This document shows positions 35,888 through 43,239 of a stretch of DNA of 64,000 bases, in pieces; the stretch's first letter is position 1, and every line of letters starts with the position of its first letter. Position numbers and translations under genes: made by a program. This DNA is from a virus. The DNA is taken from the IMG/VR virus record IMGVR_UViG_3300045988_083449, positions 481 through 64,480 of that record; one strand, 5' to 3'. The notes beneath the pieces are model-generated. The model was given only the letters and a program-made list of their open reading frames with translations. It was not told the origin of the DNA and did no database searches.

Positions 35888-36867
35888 TGCCGTTTGTAGA
35901 TTTATCAATGCACACCGACCCCAACAGGGGAATACCGAGAGGCCCTAAGAAGGCACATCACATAACCATTATTGGTGAACGTGGTCGTCAAGGTATTCCC
36001 GGACGTGATGGCAAGGACGGTAAGGATGGCCTTCGAGGTCTTAAAGGCGATAAAGGAGACAAGGGGGATAAAGGTGATAAAGGAGATCGTGGACTTCAAG
36101 GTGAAGCCGGTGAGCAGGGTATCCGAGGCGAGAAGGGGGATAAAGGAGACCCTGGTGCATCGTTTATCCCTAACGTATACGACATAGAAGCGAACAAGTC
36201 TAATTATGACGATCAACCTAAAGGCTTCTCGATTCTCTGTATGGATACAGGGAATGTCTACTGGAAACTCTCTGACACCTCTGGTGATTGGACGACCACT
36301 CCTCTTAGGTTCATAGGGCAGAAAGGGGACAAAGGTGATAAAGGAGACACTGGCGAAGCCGGGGTTAAAGGAGACCGAGGTTATACGGGAGCCCAAGGGC
36401 CTCGTGGTGCCACAGGTCTTCAGGGCGAGAAGGGTGAACAAGGCATCCGAGGTTTGAAAGGCGACAAAGGGGAGAAAGGGGATAAAGGCGACAAGGGTGA
36501 TGTCGGAGCTTCCTTCGTTGCCTCTGCCTCCGACCTTCGTTCCGCTCGTTCCCAGTATGCAGATCAGCCTAAAGGTTTTTCTTTCCTAGCGATTGACGAA
36601 GGAAAGCTGTATTGGAAACTTTCAGACGAAGACGAGTGGTCAACGGGATTTGAGTTCGGCCCAGGAGAGAAGGGAGATAAAGGTGATAAGGGAGAAGCTG
36701 GTAAGGATGCGACAGACATTGTGTTAGACCCTGATCCTGAGGAATATTTCATGTCTATCTATGGGGTTACAGAAGGAAATGTATTGACCAGTTCTGTCAC
36801 AAAGGTTGAGGCTTTAGACCCGAGTCCCTTGGAAACTTACCTAACAACGAGAGGTATTGATGACTGA
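35887..36867 (+). CDS. collagen-like repeat structural protein
   Basis: Three G-X-Y tracts separated by two copies of a ~53-aa globular module: ASF...QPKGFS(I/F)L..D.G..YWKLSD. Confidence 0.8.
   Translation: MPFVDLSMHTDPNRGIPRGPKKAHHITIIGERGRQGIPGRDGKDGKDGLRGLKGDKGDKGDKGDKGDRGLQGEAGEQGIRGEKGDKGDPGASFIPNVYDIEANKSNYDDQPKGFSILCMDTGNVYWKLSDTSGDWTTTPLRFIGQKGDKGDKGDTGEAGVKGDRGYTGAQGPRGATGLQGEKGEQGIRGLKGDKGEKGDKGDKGDVGASFVASASDLRSARSQYADQPKGFSFLAIDEGKLYWKLSDEDEWSTGFEFGPGEKGDKGDKGEAGKDATDIVLDPDPEEYFMSIYGVTEGNVLTSSVTKVEALDPSPLETYLTTRGIDD
35974..36156 (+). repeat. collagen G-X-Y tract 1 (20 triplets, GDK-rich)
   Basis: GERGRQGIPGRDGKDGKDGLRGLKGDKGDKGDKGDKGDRG... Near-identical 9-bp units occur at the DNA level. 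Confidence 0.9.
36316..36507 (+). repeat. collagen G-X-Y tract 2 (21 triplets)
   Basis: GQKGDKGDKGDTGEAGVKGDRGYTGAQGPRG...GDKGEKGDKGDKGDVG. Confidence 0.9.
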
Positions 36868-37267
36868 TACGGCAAATCCTAACACTCCTTACACCCTTCT
36901 TGAACAGCAATTAAATGAGATGGCAAGAAGGATGGCCTTGGATGTCAACTCGATGGAGGAATTTGTTTCCACGGGAAAGACAGCTCTTCTCAAAGCTATA
37001 GATGACAACAAAGATGAAGTAAACACTTTTATTACCGGGAAGACTTCCGAAATAAATTCTGTGATCTCAGGTATGCAGTCTGACGCAGAGGAAGTTCTTA
37101 CAGAACTACAGACCGATAACTCAGCAGCAGTAGCCGCAATTAACACTGCGGCGGAGACACAACGAGCACAGATTCAATCACAGGTTGATAGCTTGGTTGC
37201 AGGACTTACGGGTTCTGACTATGAGGCAGTCTTTGTTGCAGAACTGAATAAAACAGAGGAAGGGTAA
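36857..37267 (+). CDS. coiled-coil fibre-associated protein
   Basis: 136 aa, helical and acidic. Located in the fibre gene block. Confidence 0.4.
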   Translation: MMTDTANPNTPYTLLEQQLNEMARRMALDVNSMEEFVSTGKTALLKAIDDNKDEVNTFITGKTSEINSVISGMQSDAEEVLTELQTDNSAAVAAINTAAETQRAQIQSQVDSLVAGLTGSDYEAVFVAELNKTEEG

Positions 37268-37639
37268 ATGTCAGAAACAAACATGAATGAGCAGATCATC
37301 AAGGTGGTTGGACGTATCGCAAAAGAGATGCGGAACATCGTTGCCACTGTGATGACTAAGGTGAGTACGGACGATTTCAATACAGCATTAGCGGCTAAGG
37401 CGGATGCGGCTACAACAACTGCGGCCTTGGATGGAAAAGCTGAAACTTCTGTAGTGAACTCTGCCTTAGCTTTAAAGGCCGATAAGACTGAAGTTCAACA
37501 GATTGTGGAAAGTTTAGGCGAAGGAGATTTAGCTACTAAGACCTATGTTGATACCGCAGTTGCAGGAGTTCAGGTCGGCGCCGGTTCTATCACGGCAGAT
37601 AAGTTAGCTGACGTTATTGATTTAGGAACGATTGAATAA
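37268..37639 (+). CDS. fibre-like protein with (A/L)xxKAD repeats
   Basis: ALAAKADAATTTAALDGKAETSVVNSALALKADKTEV is a typical fibre-shaft heptad-like repeat. Confidence 0.45.
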   Translation: MSETNMNEQIIKVVGRIAKEMRNIVATVMTKVSTDDFNTALAAKADAATTTAALDGKAETSVVNSALALKADKTEVQQIVESLGEGDLATKTYVDTAVAGVQVGAGSITADKLADVIDLGTIE

Positions 37640-38001
37640 TGACAATTCGTCTTCAGCTTAAACGAGCTACCGCAACTAAGAACGACACATATACAGGTGC
37701 CGAAGGTGAGATCACTGTAGACCTTACGAATATGAGGTTGCGAGTACATGACGGGTCTACTGCCGGTGGATACCCCGTTGCAAAAGCCGAAGATATTAAA
37801 ACGAAGCTGACCGATTATTCCGACTCTCCTTACCATACGAAGACTAGTTTGACAGGATTAAGTCAACTAACGAACGACGCTGGGTATTGGTCAAAGACCT
37901 CCTTAACGAAGTTGTCGCAGTTGACCAACGACGCTGGGTATATCACTGGATACTGTTCACATTGTTCGGGATATTGCACTTACTGCACACATTGTTCATA
38001 G
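37639..38001 (+). CDS. mini-fibre paralog 1 with C-terminal Cys ladder (5 Cys)
   Basis: N-terminal tail-fibre-type domain (LQLKRAT...GEITVD...VHDGSTAGG), two LSQLTNDAGY repeats, then a TGYCSHCSGYCTYCTHCS tail. Confidence 0.75.
   Translation: MTIRLQLKRATATKNDTYTGAEGEITVDLTNMRLRVHDGSTAGGYPVAKAEDIKTKLTDYSDSPYHTKTSLTGLSQLTNDAGYWSKTSLTKLSQLTNDAGYITGYCSHCSGYCTYCTHCS
37948..37998 (+). repeat. Cys-ladder tail of paralog 1
   Basis: GYCSHCSGYCTYCTHCS. TGY codons recur with a 9-nt period. Confidence 0.9.
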
Positions 38002-38008
38002 GAGAGTA

Positions 38009-38476
38009 ATGACAACACTTCAGTGGAAAAGAGGAACGACTGAGAAGGTTGAAGGATACGCTGAGACCGCTCTTGAGGGAGAGCTGGTCGTTGACACTGC
38101 GACTCATAGGGTGAGTGTGTATGACGGCGCAGGAGGAAGAAACGAAATTCCTCTTCTCTCTGATGTCAAAACAACTCTCGCTTCCTTAACGAATGATATT
38201 AGTGCTTGGAGTAAGAGTGATTTAACCAAGGTAAGTCAGTTAAGTAATGATTTAGATTTTTGGTCAAGCGGAACACTTAGCAAGGTAAGCCAGTTACAAA
38301 ACGATAGTGGCTTTAAGACGGGGTACTGTACGCATTGCCAATATTGTCAGCACTGTCAGCAGTGTAGTAATTGTCATAACTGCAACACCACACAATGTAC
38401 AACTGTCAATTGCTCCATTCAACATTGCCTAGTGATCTATTGTCTGTGCAATTGTGATTGCACTGACGATAGTTGA
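38009..38476 (+). CDS. mini-fibre paralog 2 with C-terminal Cys ladder (14 Cys)
   Basis: LQWKRGT...GELVVD...VYDGAGG N-domain, three (L)(T/S)KVSQLxND repeats, then a 51-aa tail GYCTHCQYCQHCQQCSNCHNC... Confidence 0.75.
   Translation: MTTLQWKRGTTEKVEGYAETALEGELVVDTATHRVSVYDGAGGRNEIPLLSDVKTTLASLTNDISAWSKSDLTKVSQLSNDLDFWSSGTLSKVSQLQNDSGFKTGYCTHCQYCQHCQQCSNCHNCNTTQCTTVNCSIQHCLVIYCLCNCDCTDDS
38321..38473 (+). repeat. Cys-ladder tail of paralog 2
   Basis: 14 Cys in 51 aa. The first seven are spaced exactly C-x2-C. Confidence 0.9.
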
Positions 38477-38488
38477 TAGTTAAAAGAT

Positions 38489-39070
38489 ATGAAAACAACT
38501 CAGTTAGAAAATGCGGCAAAAGTTCAGTTAGTTAGAGGAAGTAACGAAGCCACTTCCGCCCTATCAGGGTTGGAAGGAGAGGTGGTTTTAAACCTTACAG
38601 ATTTAAGTTTAAAAATAAATGATGGGGCGGCTCAAGGTTGGGTTGCTACGGCCTCTAATCAATTGGCGGCTCTTTCTCAGCTAGTGGATTCTGACTCAAT
38701 TTGGACATCAACAACTTTAGCCAAAGTAAGTCAACTCGCAAACGATTCTCAATTTTGGAAAAAATCTGAATTAACAAAAGTAAGTCAGTTAGAAAACAAC
38801 AGCGGGTACAAGACTGGTTACTGTACTTACTGTTCCCACTGTACTTATTGTCAAAAATGCAGCCGCTGCAATAACGTGCAATGTAGTCAGGTTCAATGTG
38901 GAAACTGCAATCACTGTACACAATGTTTTAAATGTCGGAGCACCGGAAACTGCGGGGACTCAGTTGTTAACTGTGGTCAATGTCATTGCTCGTATTACTG
39001 CAATGGTTATTGCTCAGATTGCACATACGTTCACTGTGTTTCCGATTGCATAAATCAACTAAACCAGTAA
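38489..39070 (+). CDS. mini-fibre paralog 3 with C-terminal Cys ladder (21 Cys)
   Basis: VQLVRGS...GEVVLN...INDGAAQG N-domain, three SQLxNDS repeats, then an 84-aa tail GYCTYCSHCTYCQKCSRC... Confidence 0.75.
   Translation: MKTTQLENAAKVQLVRGSNEATSALSGLEGEVVLNLTDLSLKINDGAAQGWVATASNQLAALSQLVDSDSIWTSTTLAKVSQLANDSQFWKKSELTKVSQLENNSGYKTGYCTYCSHCTYCQKCSRCNNVQCSQVQCGNCNHCTQCFKCRSTGNCGDSVVNCGQCHCSYYCNGYCSDCTYVHCVSDCINQLNQ
38816..39067 (+). repeat. Cys-ladder tail of paralog 3
   Basis: 21 Cys in 84 aa, mostly with C-x2-C spacing. Confidence 0.9.
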
Positions 39071-39081
39071 TAGGAGACAAT

Positions 39082-39975
39082 ATGGGTTATTCAAGACATG
39101 TTATTTGTCAAAGTGAAATTCCTTTCGTGATGAATATTGTCATCAATGATGACTCTATAGCTTTCAGGCTGCTGTCTGAAATTAATGAAAGCGTAAACGT
39201 AGCGACTGATGCAGTTCAGTTTGGGGTGGAAAAGTTACTAACAACGGAACAGCTCTCTTTTAATCCAGTGGCTTTCAACGTGAATGACAAAACGTTTTTA
39301 GTTGACGGAACAGAGTATGCCATCTACTCGGAGTTAATCTTTAATCGTGAAGATACTACGTATAACCGCCTACTTGTACCGGGAGCTCACTTTTGTTTTT
39401 GGTTGGATTTAAGCCGCCACCCTCGACTGTGCTTAGATGTTCGTGGAACGATGACTTATTTCAATCAGAGAAACACTGCTGAGTTGATAAAAGCGAAAGG
39501 CGGTCTTTGGCTGTTTGACTTTTGGATTCGTAATCCAGAAGACTCTTTCAAACAATGTAATCGTTCGATTACTACTTCGGTAACTACAAAACTTATTACC
39601 AACATAGATGACCTCGGGGAAGAGTGGGCTGCCGAAGATGTGATGACAGGCACTACCTCTAAGTGGTTGAACTTGGCGTATGAGTTAACGCCGAACAAAA
39701 CAGAGGTTGAACCTGAAGGCTGGGTTACATTCACTCTAAAAGTCCTTGACGGAAAGACTAAGGAGTTAGCGACTGATGTTACATATGACGGATATATTGT
39801 GGAGGCTGTCGATGGTTATGCGCCTCACAAGCGTGTGAATGTCGTTGACGGAATTGGAACCTTCAAAGTAAAGGCTTTCGGCTTGGAAAATGGAGATAAG
39901 CTGCGAGTCAAGATTAACCAACGTTTTTATACATCTCGAGTTGAAGCAACGGTTGATGTCGTATCGCCAACTTAA
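39082..39975 (+). CDS. hypothetical protein with C-terminal Ig-like (Big-type) domain
   Basis: ATG at 39082 follows AGGAGA; the track start at 38980 lies inside the previous gene. The C-terminus WVTFTLKVLDG...YIVEAVDG...GTFKVKAFG...LRVKI looks like a bacterial Ig fold. Confidence 0.5.
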   Translation: MGYSRHVICQSEIPFVMNIVINDDSIAFRLLSEINESVNVATDAVQFGVEKLLTTEQLSFNPVAFNVNDKTFLVDGTEYAIYSELIFNREDTTYNRLLVPGAHFCFWLDLSRHPRLCLDVRGTMTYFNQRNTAELIKAKGGLWLFDFWIRNPEDSFKQCNRSITTSVTTKLITNIDDLGEEWAAEDVMTGTTSKWLNLAYELTPNKTEVEPEGWVTFTLKVLDGKTKELATDVTYDGYIVEAVDGYAPHKRVNVVDGIGTFKVKAFGLENGDKLRVKINQRFYTSRVEATVDVVSPT

Positions 39976-40939
39976 CATTATGTTCGGTAGTGCCTGTGAT
40001 ATGAAGTGCGGGTACTGCCTTCAAACAAACGGTTTATCCCCAGCTGATAAGAAAGCAGATGCACAAGAGTTTGTGCAAAAGTTACTGCCGCACTTAAACG
40101 GTCAGACTCCTAAAAAAATAATGTATTGGGGCGGAGAGCCGATGCTTTATTGGGAGAGGATAAAAACTATTCATTCCCTCCTATCTGAAAATGGAATTGT
40201 TCCAAGTCAATCTGTAATCACTACTAACGGAAGAAGGCTGACAGAAAGCTATGTGGACTATGCGAATAGTCATGAAGATATATGGACAACCGTTTCCTGT
40301 CATGGCTGGGATTTCACGGATAAACAGTTAGAGACGATCTTTAAACTTAAGCGCTTCTCTCTGTCTGAACTTGTGCACCACTTCCGAACAGACCTATGGG
40401 AAATACGGGACAGGTACTACGAAATCAAAGATAAGTTCGGGGTTTCGCCCAATCTGTGTGTGCACTTTCTCAGAGCTAACGATGGGTGTAATACAGCCTA
40501 CTACATGACTAAAGAGGATGTGGATAAGTTCTGCGACCACATTCGTACTGAAGTAATCCCAATGGCTAGGCTAGGAGATGAATGGGCGCAATGGCAGTGT
40601 TCCCAACTCTTATTTGAACGAGACCGCATAATCGCCAAAGGCATTGGCCCTTTATGCGTAAGAAGCGATCAGCTATCCATTGACCTTCACGGCAATGTGT
40701 ACAACTGCCATCACAATTACTGCAAGACAAACATTGTGAGAAACGTTTTTGAAAAAGTAATACCAATTCAAAAAGCAGATTCATTATGTGGTTCTAGGTT
40801 TTTTAATTCCGAGGAATGCCAGTCTTGTGAATTATTAGAGCAGTGCAGAGGTGGCTGCTACACCTCTAATACACACGAGGTTGATTGTTACTTCGCAAAG
40901 GAAAGGGCAAAACTTTACGAGATTATGGAGAGACGATGA
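39956..40939 (+). CDS. radical SAM / SPASM-domain maturase 1
   Basis: CDMKCGYC (C-x3-C-x2-C, 39995-40018), YWGGEPMLYW, and a C-terminal C...NVYNCHH plus CQSCELLEQCRGGC (C-x2-C-x5-C-x3-C). The start could be 39956 or 39980. Confidence 0.85.
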   Translation: MSYRQLNIMFGSACDMKCGYCLQTNGLSPADKKADAQEFVQKLLPHLNGQTPKKIMYWGGEPMLYWERIKTIHSLLSENGIVPSQSVITTNGRRLTESYVDYANSHEDIWTTVSCHGWDFTDKQLETIFKLKRFSLSELVHHFRTDLWEIRDRYYEIKDKFGVSPNLCVHFLRANDGCNTAYYMTKEDVDKFCDHIRTEVIPMARLGDEWAQWQCSQLLFERDRIIAKGIGPLCVRSDQLSIDLHGNVYNCHHNYCKTNIVRNVFEKVIPIQKADSLCGSRFFNSEECQSCELLEQCRGGCYTSNTHEVDCYFAKERAKLYEIMERR

Positions 40940-42189
40940 AGTTAAAGTTGCATTGCAAAACGCATGACGGCAAACAGGAAGACTGGATTTACGACAACGT
41001 AACAAACGAGATTTGGAACAGTAATGGAGATTTAGTCGATCTATCTAAAGATGAAAGACTGAAGCCTTATGCGATGACAAAGCAACGAGAAAAACCTTCA
41101 CCAGTTTCTAATCACAAGTCCAATGAGATTTGGAACTTAAAGATTCAGTTAGGCCTTAAGTGCAATATGCATTGCAAGTATTGCGCACAAACTGGAAACG
41201 AAATCGGAGCTTCTGTTTTCACTCAGCGAGATGTCGAACCGTTTATCAAGAAACTCGTTGACAATAAGATCGAGGCTGTTGGCTCCATTGAACTATGGGG
41301 CGGAGAGCCCTTTGTCTATTGGAAAGTCCTTCAAAAGTTGATCCCTGAACTTAGAAGAATTTATCCCAAAGTGTCAATCGGGATGATCACAAACGGAACC
41401 CTCCTAACAGAAGAGAAGATTGAGTTCTTAGAAAAATATAAGTGCGGACTTACCTTCTCTCATGACGGACTTGGTTTTCACCTTCGTGGCAAAGACCCGT
41501 TGGACGACCCGAAGATGGTTGACCTTTGGAGGTTGGCAATTCAGAAACTCGGTGCAAACATCAACTGCGTACTCACTCCTGCAAATATAGACATTAACGC
41601 AACGGCGGAGTACATCCGGGAGAAACTTGGAGGAGTTTATTTCAACTTTGAAGGCGTGATGACCCACGTAGGTGTTCAGGATTCCGAGTTAATGTTTACA
41701 CCAGCTCAGATGCTCACGCTTCAGAAAAACATCTTTAACGAACTAACTAAGAATGGTTGGGATAAATTCCCAGCACTGACGAATGAATGTAACGAACTGC
41801 TCTTGCAACTGACTCAGAGAAAGAAGTTAGACCTTGGTACAGTTAAATGCGGAATGAATCGAGAAAACGTTTGTGCAATTAACCTCAACGGAGATGTTCT
41901 TTCGTGTCACGACTTTGCGACAAAGGAAAAGTACGTTGGTCATATATCTGCAATGGGTAAAGTAGATATTTCCAAACACTTTAAGTCTTGCGGCGAAAGA
42001 GAGAAGTGCCGAAAGTGTTTGCTTCTGTCCATGTGCCGTGGTGCCTGTCCTCAGATAGAAGGACTCGCTCGAACACTGACGTGTAAGAACGAGTTCAACT
42101 ATCACTTCGCTATTTTTCAGGCTGTGTGGTGGCTGCTGTTTGGTTTGACTATTGAGAGTTACGAGACTTTAAGTTGTCACTTGCAGTAG
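40936..42189 (+). CDS. radical SAM / SPASM-domain maturase 2, with ~70-aa N-terminal extension
   Basis: ATGA overlap with maturase 1. Motifs CNMHCKYC (41161-41184), LWGGEPFVYW, CGMNRENVCAINLNGDVLSCHDF and CRKCLLLSMCRGAC. Confidence 0.85.
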   Translation: MKLKLHCKTHDGKQEDWIYDNVTNEIWNSNGDLVDLSKDERLKPYAMTKQREKPSPVSNHKSNEIWNLKIQLGLKCNMHCKYCAQTGNEIGASVFTQRDVEPFIKKLVDNKIEAVGSIELWGGEPFVYWKVLQKLIPELRRIYPKVSIGMITNGTLLTEEKIEFLEKYKCGLTFSHDGLGFHLRGKDPLDDPKMVDLWRLAIQKLGANINCVLTPANIDINATAEYIREKLGGVYFNFEGVMTHVGVQDSELMFTPAQMLTLQKNIFNELTKNGWDKFPALTNECNELLLQLTQRKKLDLGTVKCGMNRENVCAINLNGDVLSCHDFATKEKYVGHISAMGKVDISKHFKSCGEREKCRKCLLLSMCRGACPQIEGLARTLTCKNEFNYHFAIFQAVWWLLFGLTIESYETLSCHLQ

Positions 42190-42533
42190 AGTTTTCGGAC
42201 GATATCGGACGGAGAGTCGGGAACAATAGGCATCCATCCTTCCGTCGAAACATCTAATCTAAATTGTGGGGAACCCTGTGCGTTAAACCCATTATGAACA
42301 TATGCAGAATCCACTTTGAAGTACTGTTTTTTGCAATCGACCAAGACGTGGTCTTTTACAGAAACACCTCTTTGGGGTATGTTTGTGACACTCCAATATC
42401 CAATCTTATTCTTAGTGATGGAATTAACAGAAATAAGTTTGGTTTGTGGGCCAAGTTGCATAAGCTCTTTTCCAATAACTAGATTACTGAATAAGAAACA
42501 CGAGAGACAGAGTAGTATCTTTAAAGATTTCAT
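42177..42533 (-). CDS. secreted two-Cys moron protein, paralog A
   Basis: Signal peptide MKSLKILLCLSCFLFSNLVIG, then ...VLVDCKK...IVPDSPSDIVRKLYCK. AT-rich and antisense to the late operon. Confidence 0.55.
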   Translation of the reverse strand: MKSLKILLCLSCFLFSNLVIGKELMQLGPQTKLISVNSITKNKIGYWSVTNIPQRGVSVKDHVLVDCKKQYFKVDSAYVHNGFNAQGSPQFRLDVSTEGWMPIVPDSPSDIVRKLYCK

Positions 42534-42551
42534 ATTTTTTCGTCTATCAGG

Positions 42552-42962
42552 TTATTTAGGTAGTCGCTTACATAACACATCGGCAAACACTCTCACCATA
42601 TTGCTCTTATCGGGAGACATTGCTGACCATCGTTTTACAATATTCGGGCCATCGAGACTTATGCAATTTTTACCCATCTCTTTAGAACAGTAGTAGAGAG
42701 AGTCGATAGTAAATCTTTTAGTTCGACAGTTAGCTAAAAAGTAAACTTTTTTTGATTTGAATTTTTTTCCTGATAGTTCCTCTTCTATATTTAACAACAT
42801 CCACCAACCGACAATATCTGGACTTTCTCTCACCTCCGATCCTTTTACGTAAAAGTCGGTTTCAGACATTTGAAGTAAATCTTCAATCTCTTGAGATTGG
42901 GCTAAGGAGGTGAAGGAGAGGGTGATAATAGAAATGAGAGTTAATTTTATAAATTTAAGCAT
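42552..42962 (-). CDS. secreted two-Cys moron protein, paralog B
   Basis: Signal peptide MLKFIKLTLISIITLSFTSLAQS, then ...YFLANCRTKRF...VFADVLCKRLPK. Confidence 0.55.
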   Translation of the reverse strand: MLKFIKLTLISIITLSFTSLAQSQEIEDLLQMSETDFYVKGSEVRESPDIVGWWMLLNIEEELSGKKFKSKKVYFLANCRTKRFTIDSLYYCSKEMGKNCISLDGPNIVKRWSAMSPDKSNMVRVFADVLCKRLPK

Positions 42963-43024
42963 CTACACATTCTTCCAAAGAGATTCGCCCTTCAATTATA
43001 TGATTGAAACAGTCGTTTTATAAA

Positions 43025-43046
43025 GGTAAAGGAATGGTAAAGGAAT
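43025..43046 (+). repeat. 11-bp tandem duplication (GGTAAAGGAAT x2) spanning the RBS and start of the next gene
   Basis: Read directly from the sequence at 43025-43035 and 43036-43046. Confidence 0.9.
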
Positions 43047-43239
43047 GAGATTAGATTGCAAATTAGAAATAATTAAAGACGAGGAACGTACCCCCTGTGA
43101 GATATGGACTCGTGTCATGGGTTACCATCGCCCAATCTCCTCATTTAACATCGGCAAGAAAGGGGAGTTTGCCAACCGCAAATACTTTAAAGAACCTAAA
43201 GGCGGAGTACCGTCGTCCTGTACTTGCCGAGGTAAGTAA
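43045..43239 (+). CDS. stand-alone NrdD-C-terminal-like glycyl-radical mini-protein
   Basis: EIWTRVMGYHRPISSFNIGKKGEFANRKYF matches the class III RNR C-terminal motif ...R(I/V)xGY.rp...(W/F)N.GK..E...R..(Y/F). The putative radical Gly is G26 (43120-43122). Confidence 0.65.
   Translation: MRLDCKLEIIKDEERTPCEIWTRVMGYHRPISSFNIGKKGEFANRKYFKEPKGGVPSSCTCRGK

Noticed and set aside
35905-36441. ORF 35905..36441(-) opposite the collagen-like gene
   Set aside because: G-X-Y repeat DNA keeps the antisense frame open; there is no independent support.
37639-39070. Diversity-generating retroelement targeting the Mtd-like fibre genes
   Set aside because: The N-terminal domains resemble the Mtd-type fibre N-domain. 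However, no reverse transcriptase ORF or template/variable repeat pair is visible in the window, and the paralogs differ throughout rather than at adenine-specific positions.
38980-39081. N-terminal extension of the 331-aa track ORF 38980..39975
   Set aside because: The extension lies out of frame inside the Cys-ladder tail of paralog 3. An AGGAGA-preceded ATG at 39082 is the more plausible start.
39956-42189. The two radical SAM genes as NrdG-type activases for the NrdD-like mini-protein
   Set aside because: Glycyl-radical activases are small (about 150-300 aa) and lack SPASM auxiliary-cluster motifs, whereas both proteins here have complete SPASM motifs. This is kept only as a minor alternative in the findings.
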